Shown here piece by piece: positions 24,911 to 38,315 of a stretch of DNA of 64,000 nucleotides. This DNA is from Camelus ferus (taxonomy: Eukaryota): NCBI RefSeq assembly GCF_009834535.1, contig NC_045703.1, positions 64,356,001 to 64,420,000 of the forward strand. The letters run 5' to 3'. Every line of letters starts with the position of its first letter. Position 1 is the stretch's first letter. The notes under the pieces were generated by a model. The model was not told the origin of the DNA and made no database searches. It saw only the letters and a program-made list of their open reading frames with translations. The translations under genes and the position numbers were made by a program.

Positions 24911-27849
24911 GCAATTTTAGAGGGAGGCTGCAATAGCTTGAAGGCGTGAAGACATAGGGGCTTTGGCTGTTGCCGCTGCACCATCTGCTGGGACCAGAGT
25001 CCTGCACCGCCAAACACCGACAGCCTTAAACCTGCAGCTCCCGAGAAGAGGGGACACATATCAGCTCTTTACTGCCTTGAGTAAAACCAGGTAAGAATTC
25101 AAGGCCACCAGCTGAGCACTAGCAAATAAAAGGAGAACTGATTTCATCAGCAATGGTGTCGGGTGGGTTGGAGAAAATGGAATCAGAATGGGTGGGGTTT
25201 TTTGGCACGCCCCTAGATAAAAGGTGTGGAAAGTTCCTATTGTCCAGTTCTTTCAGAAACTAGGGAGAAGTGGGATTTAAGGGAACACCTTGCTAGGAGG
25301 TCTGAGGGGTTCCTTGCTTCATCTAAACCGATTTTCCCCATCCCTCCAGTTGACCACGCTCAGTGGGCCAAACGTTTCTATCTGTCCCTGTGTTGATCTC
25401 TCACTGGAAATGTCTTTTTGGCGTCAATTCAAATTCATTTGGGTGCCTAGAAAGAGATACTACTTGTTATAAAGCCATGCCAAGATTGCTTCCAGCTTAA
25501 ACACTTCTTTTTCTAAGCCCAGGGACCTGTTTTTGGGATGTCTTCCTGACAAAAAGTGACTGAGATTAAAGAAATACAGACCTGATGCTGCATAATTCAA
25601 AATTATATAGACATAATTTTTCCAGAAACCCTTTTTTAAGACACAGTAAATCCAAGTTTCTAAATACCTTAGGCTGAGTTTATCTCTAAATATCTTTGGG
25701 GAAAGTATGACATCTATCAACTCCACTCTTCTGCTTCCTTAGCTCAGGGCTTAGAAGTACAGAAACTTTCCCCTTGGAAGCTCATTGCAAGACAGGCCTT
25801 CCCTCTGCCTGTACTTCTGCAGCAGTTGAGGAGGGGGTAGGACTGTAGGGATAATAAATATGATGCTGTTATGCACCTGCAAGAGTAAGTTTGCTATAAT
25901 ACAAACACAGTTATTTCTGTACAGGGGAGAGTGTTACTGTTTAGCTTAGAGAATTTTCTAAAAGGGCTTTTAAAAAATGTAGACAAAGGAAAAATGAGTG
26001 CACAAAGTAAATTTAGGCTTCCAAAAAAATTTTAGTGACTTTTTTGGGGAAACTTGGTGAATACATAAAGCAAGATGTGAAATCCCATTATGGGCTTTTG
26101 GAACTGGTTAAGAGACAGAAGCTAAAGAACAGAAATCAATGGTCATTTCTCAGCCTCAGACAAAGTTAATAGTTACTGCCTTAAGAATCTGGTTATAGTT
26201 AATCTTCCAGTGCTAATTTTCTTCAATATATTTATTAACAACCTGGAAGTGCAAAATGTGCTGATAAAAAATAATTACACAGTCTGTCAAGGCGAGGAAA
26301 AATTGTGGGGAAGGCAGAAATAAGTCACAAAGGTGGCCAAGGAAAGAAATTCAGTTTAGATAAGGAAGGTAATGCTACACTGGAAATCATTTTCAATAAT
26401 CTTTCCAAAAATCTCTTAAAGTGAATATGAGATGTTAGAGGGAGCAAAAGCACAGGTCTGCCTTGATTCTAAGGACCAAGTTCAGTTTCAGCCGGGTCAG
26501 TTTAAACAAGACACAGCAGAATTCAGAAATAGCCTGAAAAAGATGACCCAAGGAATAACAGGGAAAAAAGCCTGAACATGTTGTTCTGGGGAGAGATGCT
26601 AACACAGAGTAAGTTCACCATGGTCTACCTGGACTCCAAGAACTGGAGTGAATAACTGGAAACAATTGCTATGCCTCAGCTGTACCTTGGGTGATTCATA
26701 ATGCGTTGTTAGCATAGCTACTTTGAGATATTACCTCCCTAAACTGTGCCTTCAGAATGGGTCAATTAATTTCAGAGCACCTCAATTAGCCAACTTCAAA
26801 GACTTCGCTATTAATAACTGTAAGTCGTCATCCACAGAAGGGGGAACGGGTTAAAAGCTAATCAATGGACACCTTGTCCTGTGTTTTCATCTCATCCTTC
26901 CTTTGCTCCCACACTTCTGGTGACTCACAGGCTCTGCCTGAAGGACCTAGGTTCAAGTGTTCTGCTGTCCTACTGGCCAAATATGATTTAACTTCTTTGA
27001 AATTTAGTTTTTGACCCTCTGACTTTCCAGTTAAGAGGACTGGGCCATGGTTTTGTTATTAGAAAAGAGAGAGAAAACAGAGAAACTATAGATGTAAGCA
27101 GACCTGGTCACTGTGCAGCACATGTGTAGGGCCTATGGCATCCCTTGCATTTTTTGTGGACTTAGACCATCCAACAGCAAGAGGCTGACTTCAGGATATC
27201 ATCCTCTACACTTCTGAATCATGTCTTCATTCCCAAACAGTCAGATGATATAGATTCTGGGAATAAAATCTTGATACTCTTTTGCTATAAATCTCATTAA
27301 AGTACTGCAAGATGAATAAAAACTCACAAATAAGGCTAAGATGACTATCTTCTGGATCTTCTTGAAAGATTTTCAAAAAGCAACTCTCCACTCAAAAATC
27401 TGTCATGGGGAAGCAGTTATAAGATGACAAAGTAAAGATAATGCTGCCTCTTTCTTTTTCTTTCTATAAGCCAAAAACAAGGCATCAGGAGGACAAGGGG
27501 CCAAAAGAAATACTGCATTTGCCATGAAGATAGAATCACTTAGAACCCAAGCCAACATCCATATCTCTATATACATATTAAAAATACCTGCCAAGTGCGG
27601 TGAATATTGCACCAGAGTAAAGGAGGATACCAGGGGAGGGGGCCTGCTCCTGTTGATCCAAAAGGACTTCTCCAAAGATGCCTGTGAAAGCAGTTGTCCA
27701 GGGTCTGCCAAGGTGGGAGCTCTGGGAAATGGCCACACACTTAAGGTTGGAGCCTGATCGGCTATCACTGGAGTGTGGAGGGACCATGGGAAGTCAGCCC
27801 GTTATGGACTTGAAATCACTGCACAGCCTGGGAAATCCAGTAACGTGAC

Positions 27850-28301
27850 TGTGTTGGTTTGCTAAGGCTGCCCTAACCAAGTACCGCAGACTGGGTGGCG
27901 TAAACAAGAGAAATATACTGTCTTGTGGTTCTGGAGTCTCGAAGTTCAAGATGAAGATGTCATCAGAATTGGTTCTTTCTAAAAGATCTAGGGAAGGATC
28001 TGGTCCACACCTCTCTCCTCGCTTCTGTGGTTGCTGGTCTTCCTTGGAGTTCCTTGGCTTGAAGATATATCACTCCCATCTCTGCCTCCATCCTCACATG
28101 GTTTCTCCTCTACACTGTTTATCTCTGTGTCTCTTCTCTTCTTACAAGGACACCAGTCATATTGGATTAAGGGACTACTCTCCTCCAGTAGGACTTCATC
28201 TTAACCCATTACATCTGCCATGACCTTATTTCCTAATAAGTTCACATTCTAAGTTTCCAGGAAGGACATGAATTTGGGGGAACACTGTTCATCCTAATAC
28301 C
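27850..28301 (-). mobile_element. MaLR solo LTR (MLT1B/C-like)
   Basis: gctaaggctgccctaaccaagtaccgcagactgggtggc, cttacaaggacaccagtcatattggattaaggg, catctgccatgaccttatttcctaataag. Confidence 0.9.
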
Positions 28302-28937
28302 ATGACCCAGGATGGCTGGTACCCTCAGGCTTCTGGAAGAAGCAGTAGAAAAACAGAGGGAAATGTTATCATCTCATTCCTTGTATTGTTTCTCATATTG
28401 AAAGAGGAACATCAACCAGTAACAATTGATACAGATGAAAACTATGGAATTTCTAGGCTCAAATAAAAGAAAAAGAGAAAAGAATCTTTCTTTAGTGTAC
28501 CCAAGATAAATAGATACATAAATACATAAAATAACCTGGTAATCATGAGCAATAAAAAATAAGAATAAAAATTAGACAGTTTCAGACTTGCCGACTGAAG
28601 CATTCAGAACAAGGCGTATAAGTTGACAGGGAAAGACAGTGTGACCCAAGAATTTATGCCTCATATTACTTAAAAAGAAAAGCAATTGGCACATAATATG
28701 ATATTCATAACACTTTGAAAGAGTAAAGAGGATGAGAATACAGTTTATCAAAAGCAAGTTAGAGTTAAAAATGTCCCCACTTTTCCAACCCATTTGAATC
28801 CAGTCCTAAGTATATAATGTAGAGACCCTTACACATGTCACAGTGAGCAGCTTACAAATTTTCAGGGAAGCATTGTTTATTCAGACCCCACATTGCAACA
28901 ACCTAAATATTCATCTGTAGGAGACTGTGTTATATTT

Positions 28938-29130
28938 CAGGAGTTGGCAAACTATCTTTGGAAAGGCCCACACAGTAAATGTTTTCAGCTTTGCAGGTCA
29001 TACTGGCTTCTGCCTCCACTGCTCAACTCTGTTGTTGTAAAAAGCAGCCATAAGCCATTCGTAAATAAACAGGCAGGGCTGTGTTCCAATAAAACTTTAT
29101 TTATAATATCAGGTGATGGGGTAGATTTGG
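28938..29130 (-). mobile_element. MER58A (hAT-Charlie), inserted in old L1 remnants
   Basis: caggagttggcaaact...ggctgtgttccaataaaactttattt = reverse complement of the recalled MER58A consensus. Confidence 0.85.
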
Positions 29131-30014
29131 GGAACTACTTATGTATAAGGATGTAACAAAAAAGGAGTTGAAGAATGCACAAAAAATAAATCGGAAGGAT
29201 GCATGCTAAAACTAGAAGACACCTTTAAGGAAAAAGAAGATGGATTAAGAAGCTACAGTTAAAGGACTGTCAGAAAAAAATACTCAAACCAGTGAATTCC
29301 TTTCAAATTTAGACGCAGGTATTAGGTCCAAAGAATTGGCTACTTGCAGAAGCACATAGAGTCATGAATTTTTCCTATAAATTAGACCCAAAGACAATAC
29401 ATACATTCTTGATTATTGATGAAAATATCAAAATAATACTTAAAGCACTACACCCAGCAGAAACAGAATTTTAATTTTCTAAATATTCCCCACTCTCCAT
29501 AAAAGTACATTCATATTTCATAATTACTGGGAAAATAATTTTAAACTAATTAATTTTTTTCAAAATAGTCTAATAAATTTAAAAACCAATACTTAAAGGG
29601 AACAGGATTTGAATTGCAAAAATAAAGTCAGAAATTTCCCTATTCTATTAAAAAATAAGCGCTCACTATTTTCTCTCAGTAGCCCCACCACACAGTCAAT
29701 CTCGTGTTAATTCTGTAACAGACCCCCTGCTTGCTCCATTTCCAGCCACTGAAATCACTCAGATGTGGGGAGGGGAGCTGGGGAGGAATCTCATGTTTAT
29801 CCACGCCTGGAAAATGAGACGCAACGCTGCGCATGGGTAAGTATCTACCGAGTCCCTGTCTGGGGCTTTGCCAGTCCGTGGCTGAGGGTGGGGGGTGTCT
29901 AACTCCACAAATGGCAAATGAAGTATGTGGAGCAGTGTCTGGTGACCAGAAATGAAGGAGGAAGGGAAGGAATGACCAGAGATACTGGCATTAAAAACAA
30001 CAATAGGAACTGAG

Positions 30015-30150
30015 CCATGATCGGTGTAAAAACTGAGACTCAGATGTGCCAAATAATTTGTCCATGGGTCATGCACAAAAATGTGGTCGATCCAGGATTC
30101 AAATCCAAGTTGGTCAACCCCAAAATGAGTGTTTATACATAAGTAAGCCG
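30015..30150 (-). mobile_element. MIR fragment
   Basis: aaaaactgagactcagatgtgccaaataatttgtccatgggtca...ccaggattcaaatccaag. Confidence 0.6.
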
Positions 30151-30815
30151 AGTTCGCCATATTGTGGCAGGCTGGAGCATGTTCTTATGAGAATCCTGTT
30201 TCAGGACATGGAAATATAAGGACTGTGTATTTCCTGGGCTGCAAGGAAGGGATGGGCTGATTCAAGAACAGCCAACCATCGATTAATGATTATCTACCAC
30301 GAGCGTATCTACTATGAGTGTTTTTATTAAATCAATATTTAAAATACCTTTACAGATGTATAAACAAGTTACATTTGCCCTGACTTTCATGCTTATCCTA
30401 GAGAGAAGAGAGCTGAGAACGTGAGTTTGAATCCACATCAAGCAGCAGTGTGGCTGGATGCAGAGACGGCCGAGAGCCGCCGCACACAAAGGTCTTTCAG
30501 ATCGAACCCCGTTCTTTCTACAGAGCCCGTGTTCTGATGTTGTGAGAGAAAGCTGGCTTTCCCTGCACTCTGTCAAGTCCTGGGCAGAAACAGAGAAATC
30601 CCAAACAAAAGAACTGATAATCAAACACACTGCACGCATAACAGCTGTCATCACTAAGTATTTGTTGAATTAACGGATGGGTGAATGAGTGACTGACAAG
30701 GTCAATATTGTGACCCTTGGTTGGACCCAGAGTGTGCCAGAATAGCAACCCACCTGGCTGGAGGGATCACTGCCACTGTGTGGAAGAAGCAAGCTCCCAA
30801 GTGCTTACTAAAGGG

Positions 30816-30871
<56 letters not shown>
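30816..30871. repeat. Compound (CT)n(CA)n microsatellite
   Basis: Directly visible. Confidence 0.95.
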
Positions 30872-32614
30872 AGCGAGATGCTTCTTGACTCCTCTAGACA
30901 CGAGCCCTACCCGAGGCTTGGCAAACTGCCTTTTCTGCCCGACCCACAGGACTGAGCATCTAAAGTGAAGTAGAAAATGAAGGCTGAAATAAAGCCATAT
31001 TTGGGCACAAACCTTGAGAGATGAAAAGAAGAGAGGGGTGCAGGCACAATTAGAGAGTATTAAATATAAAGTGTTATCAGGCGGAGGGAGGAGAAGGGCG
31101 AGCCACAACCCGTCAGCCCTGCAAACAAACTCCAGGTGTCGGGCACTTCTCCACTGCTCCCGCCCACCTCCCCCCTTCTCTCTCTGCTGGACCCACAGGA
31201 CCGAGGAGTCACCCTCCAAGTCCTGTCAGTGTGTTTGGGTGGGACGGTGTCCCGTCACTGACAGACACACATGGTACTGATGCTCCAGCACCGTCAGGAG
31301 GAAAGATGGGGAAGCCACGCATTCATTCCACACCTCTTTGATGGCCTGGGCTGCAGTCATTGTTTCCTACAAAGTAAATTCCACTAAGAGAGCAAGAGAC
31401 TGATGCTTCCTCATTCAGGGCAAGAAAGATGCTCTGGGGTAAAACGGAAGTGTTCACGGCTGTCATACTCATCCTGGAAAGGCAGTCCGTTGTCAAAGGT
31501 CTGCCAGGAAGGAGAGGAATAAAAAGAGATGGAGGGAAAGGACAGGAAAGCAGAGGTTCACTATGGTGCAGGCTCTGGAGGATGGAAGTGAGGGTGCCTT
31601 CCACTCACCAGAAGATTCAGGAGGAAAGGCTTCTTACAGCTCTGCAGCCCGGCGCTGACAGCCATGGGCATATTTCCAGCATGAGGTACATTAACAAATA
31701 AGGAAAAGCATCCCTCTGGGCCTTTAATAACATTTATTTCATGCATCATTTCCTCCGAGGAACAGGAGGCTGTGTATTTTTTATTCCTGGTGTGTCCTGC
31801 CTAAGAAATAATGGCCAAGCTCACCTGTTTACTTCTTTGTATTTTACAACCATCCTTAAGCTTTGTTTGTCTTTCTCCAGCTCTTCTTTTTCTTTCTCTG
31901 CACTCTACACCATGCAAGTCTACATAAAAGGCATACAGAAGTTAACATGCAAGCCAGATTTATTGAATCCATGGTATCTTGGGCAAAACATCACCAATCT
32001 TTTATGGAAGAAGGCAGAGTAAGAATCCAGAATCAATCAAATGGCCTATGCAGCATAAATTGGAATTAGGAGAAATAAGCAAAAATTAAAGTGAGTTTCA
32101 AGCCTTATCAGCCCAACCAGTCCTAAGCATCCACCAGGTCTTCTTGGCTTTTCTACTGACCAGAGTTAGCCTGAATCGGAAAGTGTGTTCCCATGCCCAG
32201 CTGCACAGAACATTCAGTGAGAAAACCTTCTTCTCGGCCCTAGGATGAGGGTACCAGGCTCCAGAGGACCATGCCGGGTGATTAACTGAGTAATTCCAAA
32301 TTCTGTCTTCTCTTTCCTTCACTTCCTCACCAAACCCATGGGCTGTGCTGTAATGCCTACAAGTCCCACCAGGGTGCATTCAGGAAAGAAAATGAAAAAG
32401 TTGATCCTTGCACACAATCTCCAGGGTTCTCTTCCTCCAACCCTTAGCTTCATGATAAAATAAGCCCCCACCAAGCACCCAGCCAGAGCTGGCAGTGGGC
32501 AGGCCCTGTCTGGTCCTAGAACAGACTTCACCCATCTCTATGTGACCCTCCTCCAGGGAAATAACAAAGCTGGGTACCACATACGCTCCAGGCTGCAGTC
32601 ATGACATAGAAAAA

Positions 32615-32835
32615 TGGCTGTGATAAAATGTTAAATGCAAAACAGAATATGGAACTGTGTCTACATTACAGTTATAACCACATAAAAACGTATTCATTAG
32701 ATAAGAGAACATAGAACACGAAGAGATGAAAATGGCCACTTACTGCAGTGGTGAATCACAGGCAAAGATTTTCTTTCATGTCAGTTTTCATTAACATATT
32801 ACGTTATTTGTGTGACATGGAAAATAAATAAAATG
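32615..32835 (+). mobile_element. L1ME-type 3' end fragment
   Basis: aaaatgttaaatgcaaaacagaatatggaactgtg...gattttcttt...ttacgttatttg...aaaataaataaaa. Confidence 0.45.
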
Positions 32836-33854
32836 TCTGATCATGCCAGGCTGCACACTAAAGTTAGCACAGTCGTCAGCTGAACCCACAGTTCAATTTC
32901 CTCAAACCTACAGCTAGATTGACAATACCGCCAGCTCACCCCGGCATCCGTCTTGCAAATCTGGCTACAGAGGTAACTGACCAAACCTTCCCCGCCTGCT
33001 CATTCGTTCATACTGTCCCATCTGGCAGCTTTCAAGGGCAGTTGAGGAAGAAGATGGCCATATTACCTTATCCCCAAATTCACACCAGAACGAAGGCATT
33101 TGTTTTCTGCTGCCTTTTCAACCCACCAGAAAAATGTCAAGGCTTTCATGAGTGAGTGTGTGGATCAAGCCATATGCTCAGCATTTATTAACTGCCCAGA
33201 ATTATCTAATGATATGTTAAGTTCTATAATACAGACAACATTAAATCAGTTCAAGAAATTCTTGAGTATTTTACCATGTGTTCAGAATGGCACCCAAAAC
33301 TGCAAGGAACTCGAAAGAAACCAAAGGGAAAAGGTCCCTGTTCTTGGCGATATGAACAAGGGAGGGTCGGGTTGGGTGTGAGGGACCACAATCATGGATT
33401 CGCAGAGGTGAGCTGTGTTACACACGGGATGCTGTTTCCTGCTTTCTGCCTGTGTGATCTAGGTTGCTTTTGTACCTTAAGAACCATTCTCTTTATGTCA
33501 TCATTTTTAAGAAAGGACACAAAGCAATGCTGTAAATCAGTTGCTGGTATTGTTATGGTCAGGAAGGAGAGAGGGGAAGGAAAGACCATGGCAGAATAAT
33601 CTTTATGAAAGGGGAAAAAGTAAGTAAAACAGAAAGTGAGTCATTAGGTGGAGAAGGAACTTGTGGAAAGACAGTCCAGGGAAGTTTTACAGCAGTAATG
33701 CCCAATTTTCTTTCACCACCGAGGGCCACCTTTATTACTTTTCCCAGTAGGATGTACATTTTCACAAACTTTTGTCGACTAACCACACAACATTTATGGC
33801 TTGCCGATTAATTTGCCCCATCATTTGTGTTCACTGACGACATGCAGAATTGCC

Positions 33855-33963
33855 ATTGGAGCTTTTAATCATCACAAACTAACTGACAGGAATGTATCTG
33901 GTTTAAAATGATTCCTCGCCCCGCCCACCCCAACAAAAATGGTGACGTCATGATTAGTCACCA
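33855..33963. promoter_or_regulatory. Compact cis-module: reverse CCAAT, GC/KLF box, full CRE, AP-1-like site
   Basis: ATTGG 33855-33859; CCCCGCCCACCC 33919-33930; TGACGTCA 33943-33950; TTAGTCA 33954-33960. Confidence 0.45.
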
Positions 33964-35162
33964 CAGACTTACTGCAGAGAACCACTCATTTTTGATACAT
34001 TAAAAATAGCTCAAGGGTCCAATTATCTCAGAGCACCAAGAGGTGCCAGAACCTCAGGGTCAAAACCATTGTGGTCAGGTCCAGAGCACACAAAAATACT
34101 GCTGAGAATGAGAACAGACTCAGCCACGAGGCAGCTGGGCTTGAGGGGGGTAAATATGTTCAGGACAAGATTCTCATGAGTCTCCCGGGAAAGCCCCCAT
34201 TCGTGGGGACCTGCCTGCCAGTGCCTCGGGACTGAGGAAGTCTGGGGCGAGGTAAGTGGCCTTCCTGTGGGTACCTGATTTCCACTTCCCAGTTGCCCCT
34301 CAAATCTATCTTGCATTACCTTTCCCAGCATTTCTTGGATAATCAACGTTTTTAAAAACTGTATGTGTTTTGGGGGGTTTTAAAGAAACAATGACTTATC
34401 AGTATTTTTCTGGAGACCTAAGGTAGGTTACTCTTGCCATTATTACTTTCAAATTTGGACCTTCTGCATTCCTTCTCTGGATTCATTTGTACTCTGTATA
34501 CTACAAAGGGGGAAAAAAGAAAGACAAAAATGTTGTATGCCTTTGCCCACAGCGAGCTTTACAAATTGGATTCTAATTGAAGTACAGAGTTTGGCATGAA
34601 GAAGAAAGAAGATTGTCCCCAGCAGGGGACAATGTCAGGCCAGCAGGGCTCATGGGCAGCACGGTTAGAAGGGGAGCCCTTCATGAGGCAAAGCCTGTGG
34701 GTCCAGAAGATTTCAGGACAGGAATTGGGGTTTAATCTATAATTAAATCCCTATCCAGCAGCCCTTTCCCAAAGAATACCCCATCCTGGTTAAAAGAGAA
34801 AACCTCTCATAAAGAGCTAGCATTCTTTCACTTTGTTTAACCCAGCAATTCCCTAGGTAACTTAACCACAGAAATTATCTTCTGTACAAACGTACTAAGA
34901 CACCTCACTTCCTTTGAACTCAATGGGAACAGGGAGCAGGTTTAGAATGTGAGAGATCCTCACGCCAGAAAGCTGGGACCAGTGATGCTGATGGAGGAAG
35001 TCACCGGATTCACAGAAGGAGATACAAAGCCTCGTTTAGAAGGAAATTTTGAAGAGAAGTGGGCTGATATCAAGAGCTTAAATTCTTAATATTATGCGGC
35101 TGTCCCAACAAAAGAGAGCGAGAAAGAGAGGAGAAAAAGGCAAAGGAGGAACTGTCGGCGAG

Positions 35163-35684
35163 AGTGGGTTAGTTTCCTGTGGCTGTTGTAACAAATGACC
35201 ACAGGCTGGGTGGCTTAATGCACAGAAACGTATTTCCTCGCACTTCTGAAGGCCAGAAGCCCCAAATCAGTATTCCTGGACTGAAATCAAGGTGTCAGCA
35301 GGGTCACATTCTCTCTGGAGGCTCTAAGAAGCTATTTCTTGCCGTCTTCAGCTTCCAGTTGCTGCTGGCTTTGTGGTGCATCCTCCAATCTCAGAGCCAA
35401 TATCTTCAAATCTCTCTTTGCTCTATCTTCACAGCACCTTCTCTGTGTATCTGAGTCAGATTTCCCTCTGCCTCTCTTATTAGGGTATTTGTGATTGCAT
35501 TTTAGGGCTCACCTGGATGACCTAGGATAATTTCTCAAGAGATTCTCAAGATCATCTCAAGATTCTTAATCAAATCTGCAAAAATCTTGATATTTTTTGT
35601 GATATACACCATATAAGGTAACATTTTCTGGTTCCAGGAATTAGGAAATGGGTAATTTGAGTTCCATTTTTCCATCCTACCACA
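35163..35684 (-). mobile_element. MaLR solo LTR (MLT1C-like)
   Basis: ttagtttcctgtggctgttgtaacaaatgaccacaggctgggtggcttaa, aaatcaaggtgtcagcaggg, ggttccaggaattagg...cctaccaca. Confidence 0.9.
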
Positions 35685-36779
35685 GCCAGGAGATGATTTG
35701 AAATCAAGGGGAAAGAAATGTTAAGGTCAAATGGCACAGAGATAACAAAAAAGAGAGGAACTTAAAGAGAAGCTTGGATTGGAGGCCATTACACTTGTCT
35801 TCTGCTGTCTTTTCAAGCCACCCAGATGAATGCCAAGCTTGCCACCAGCGAGTATGTGGGTATCAAACCACACCTTCATCCCTGATGAGCTGGCCAGGCT
35901 TATTTGACGGTGTGTCAAGTTCTACACAGACAGCTGTGGCCAGAACCCCTCCAGCCACATGGGGAGTGGGGAAGAGAAATGAGGGACAAGAAAGTATAAA
36001 CACAGAGTCCCTGCTTAATGATCATAACCCATAACTGAATTATAGCTCGTGAATGTCCCTGTGCTTGTATGGTAGGTTTTCATGAAGCCCTTTTTTTTTA
36101 ACAGTAAAATGACACATTGGGGTTAGCTTCCTGCTTCTTTTTATTTGTGCCTATTCCTCGGATAATATTTTCCCAATGCCTACTGCCCTCAATAGGTAAG
36201 AATGCCTTTCACGTCCTCTAATTTGTGCTGTTTTTCTCAGTCTCCTTTATTTTTCCTCTTCCATCCTGTTCTCTGTTCTCCCACCAGACCTGGTCCTCTT
36301 CACCCGTCTCCCAGTATGGAACCTGACTGTGCAGCCATCATCGAAGTGTAGTTGAGAAAGAAGAAGAAAGGAAGGAACATGCTAAGATAAGAAAGATTTT
36401 ATTATGTTTTTGTTGGAAGGACTAAAAGGGAAAGAGGACAGGAAATAGGAAGAAGACAGTTTCAAAAACATTTCATAGATATACATGCATCCTCAAGTAT
36501 GTAGAAATATGACAGAATTAGCTAAAAATAATGACGGTAATCAAAATAATGTTTACATGCCTTCTCAAGAACCCACGTCTTTGTTTTTGTTTTTGTTTTC
36601 TCCAAGATGGCTTAGATATTTATTCCTGGAGGAAATAAGTATCCCATGATGTCAGGGGCTCAATTTATCTCATCTCAGAAATGCCTTATGATATCTTGCT
36701 GGGTAAGGGCATTGGAAGTTCAAATCTTTTGGAATAGAGAAAAGTAGAGCTTATAGGGACATTTAAAGGCATGTGTCTT

Positions 36780-37250
36780 TCTATGTTTACCGCAGCCTTA
36801 TTCATAATAGCCCAATTGGAAACAACAAAACTGTCCACCAAATGGTGGACAGATACATAAATTGTGGTGCGTCCATGCAATCAAAAACTACTCAGTAATA
36901 AAGAGGAATGAACCACTGAAACACAGACAACACAGATAGATCACAAATCACTGTGCTGAGTGAGAGAAACCTGACTCAAAAGCATACATTCTGCAGGACC
37001 ACTTATAGGCGGGGTAGGAGAAACAAACGGAATCTATCCTGGCAGAAAGTGTATCAGTGCCTGTGGACAAGGGTTTTGGGGGTGTTGACTAGGAAAAGCA
37101 CAGGAAACTTTTTAAGAGCGATGAAATTGTTCTGTATCTCGACGTAGTCATGGCGACACATATGTGTAAGTTTGTCAAGCACATTAAGTACACTTAAAAT
37201 GGGTGCATTTTATGATGTGCCAATTATACCTCAATAAAATTCATTTTTAA
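36780..37250 (+). mobile_element. L1ME-type 3' end
   Basis: gcagccttattcataatagcccaattggaaacaac...aaattgtggt...tgttctgtatct...ttatacctcaataaa. Confidence 0.8.
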
Positions 37251-37924
37251 AGTGTGTTCTATCTTTGGGTACTGATGCCTTAGAAAAATATTGATGGTGC
37301 TTCTTCTGCTTTGAAAAAGCTGAGCAAGGTTGGCTACCCTGAGTCTAGCTGGGGTCCGGGGGTGCGTACTCCACCCCCGGGGCCCAGGGAAGGCAGTGTG
37401 GGGCGGAAAGAGCTTTTCCACCTGAGGGCCTGGTGCAGCCAAAAGTCGCCCGCAAAAAGGCAACAGATAGAGGCAAGCACTCAAAACAGGGAAAAAGAGA
37501 ACCAGCAAGTTGCTATTTTCACAGAAAGAACAATAATGATCAGTAATGACACAACAGCAGTTTGATTGAGCAGTGCTGCCTGAAACCCGCCTGCCAGTCT
37601 TCTGTGCTGACACTGTGGTGAACTATGTAACTTTTAAACACCTTGGTCCTACAAAGCACCTAGAAATTATGAATTCGACATACAAGACATTCCTTTAATG
37701 CAAAGCTGAACTTATAAGACAAAAAGGAAAATTCCCAGGGGAGAATAAGAAATCAGAAGTGGAAGATGAGTGGTGACCGGCCTTGGTGCAACAGGAGTTT
37801 TATTGGCTAAACCAGGATAGATGATGAGGACTTGGGGCTGCGTGATGAGGGGAGTGTGACCAGAGACACCTGTGCTAATCCAGGACCCAAACGGATGGAT
37901 GGTCATGGGAGAGACCTAACGTGT

Positions 37925-38315
37925 TGTCACAGGTTGCCCTCCCTGGAAATCAGACTACGAGACAGAGCTCGGCATGCATGATGCTTTACTCAGGAGTGCT
38001 CTTGGGGTCAGTGCCCATGGGAGGAGGGACGAGAATCAGGGACTGGGCAGAGAAAAAAGCTGGACCACCACATAGTCATAGCAAGGCCTCAGCCAACCCC
38101 ACAGAGAGTTCTGAAGCCGAGAGGCTCTTCCGAGTTGTCTTTATTGGGATCGCATGGGCCCAGATTCTGTACCCCGTTGGATGCAGGATGACCCCAGGCG
38201 AGGAGCATGAGTTTAGCTGATGACAATTGCCAGTCCTCAGCTGTCAGCGGGTAGGACTCCCGGCAGCTGGGGAAACAAGCCCTTCCACTTGAAAGGGGCT
38301 CTGTAGGTGGAGAAA
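37925..38315 (-). mobile_element. ERVL solo LTR (LTR16C-like)
   Basis: Reverse complement carries cagctgccgggagt, ctcagctgtcagc, ggggttggctgaggcc, ccccaagagcactcc and ends aacctgtgaca. Confidence 0.8.

Noticed and set aside
32228-32245. CTTCTCGGCC, resembling the 5' end of U2 snRNA
   Set aside because: The match does not extend beyond about 10 nt
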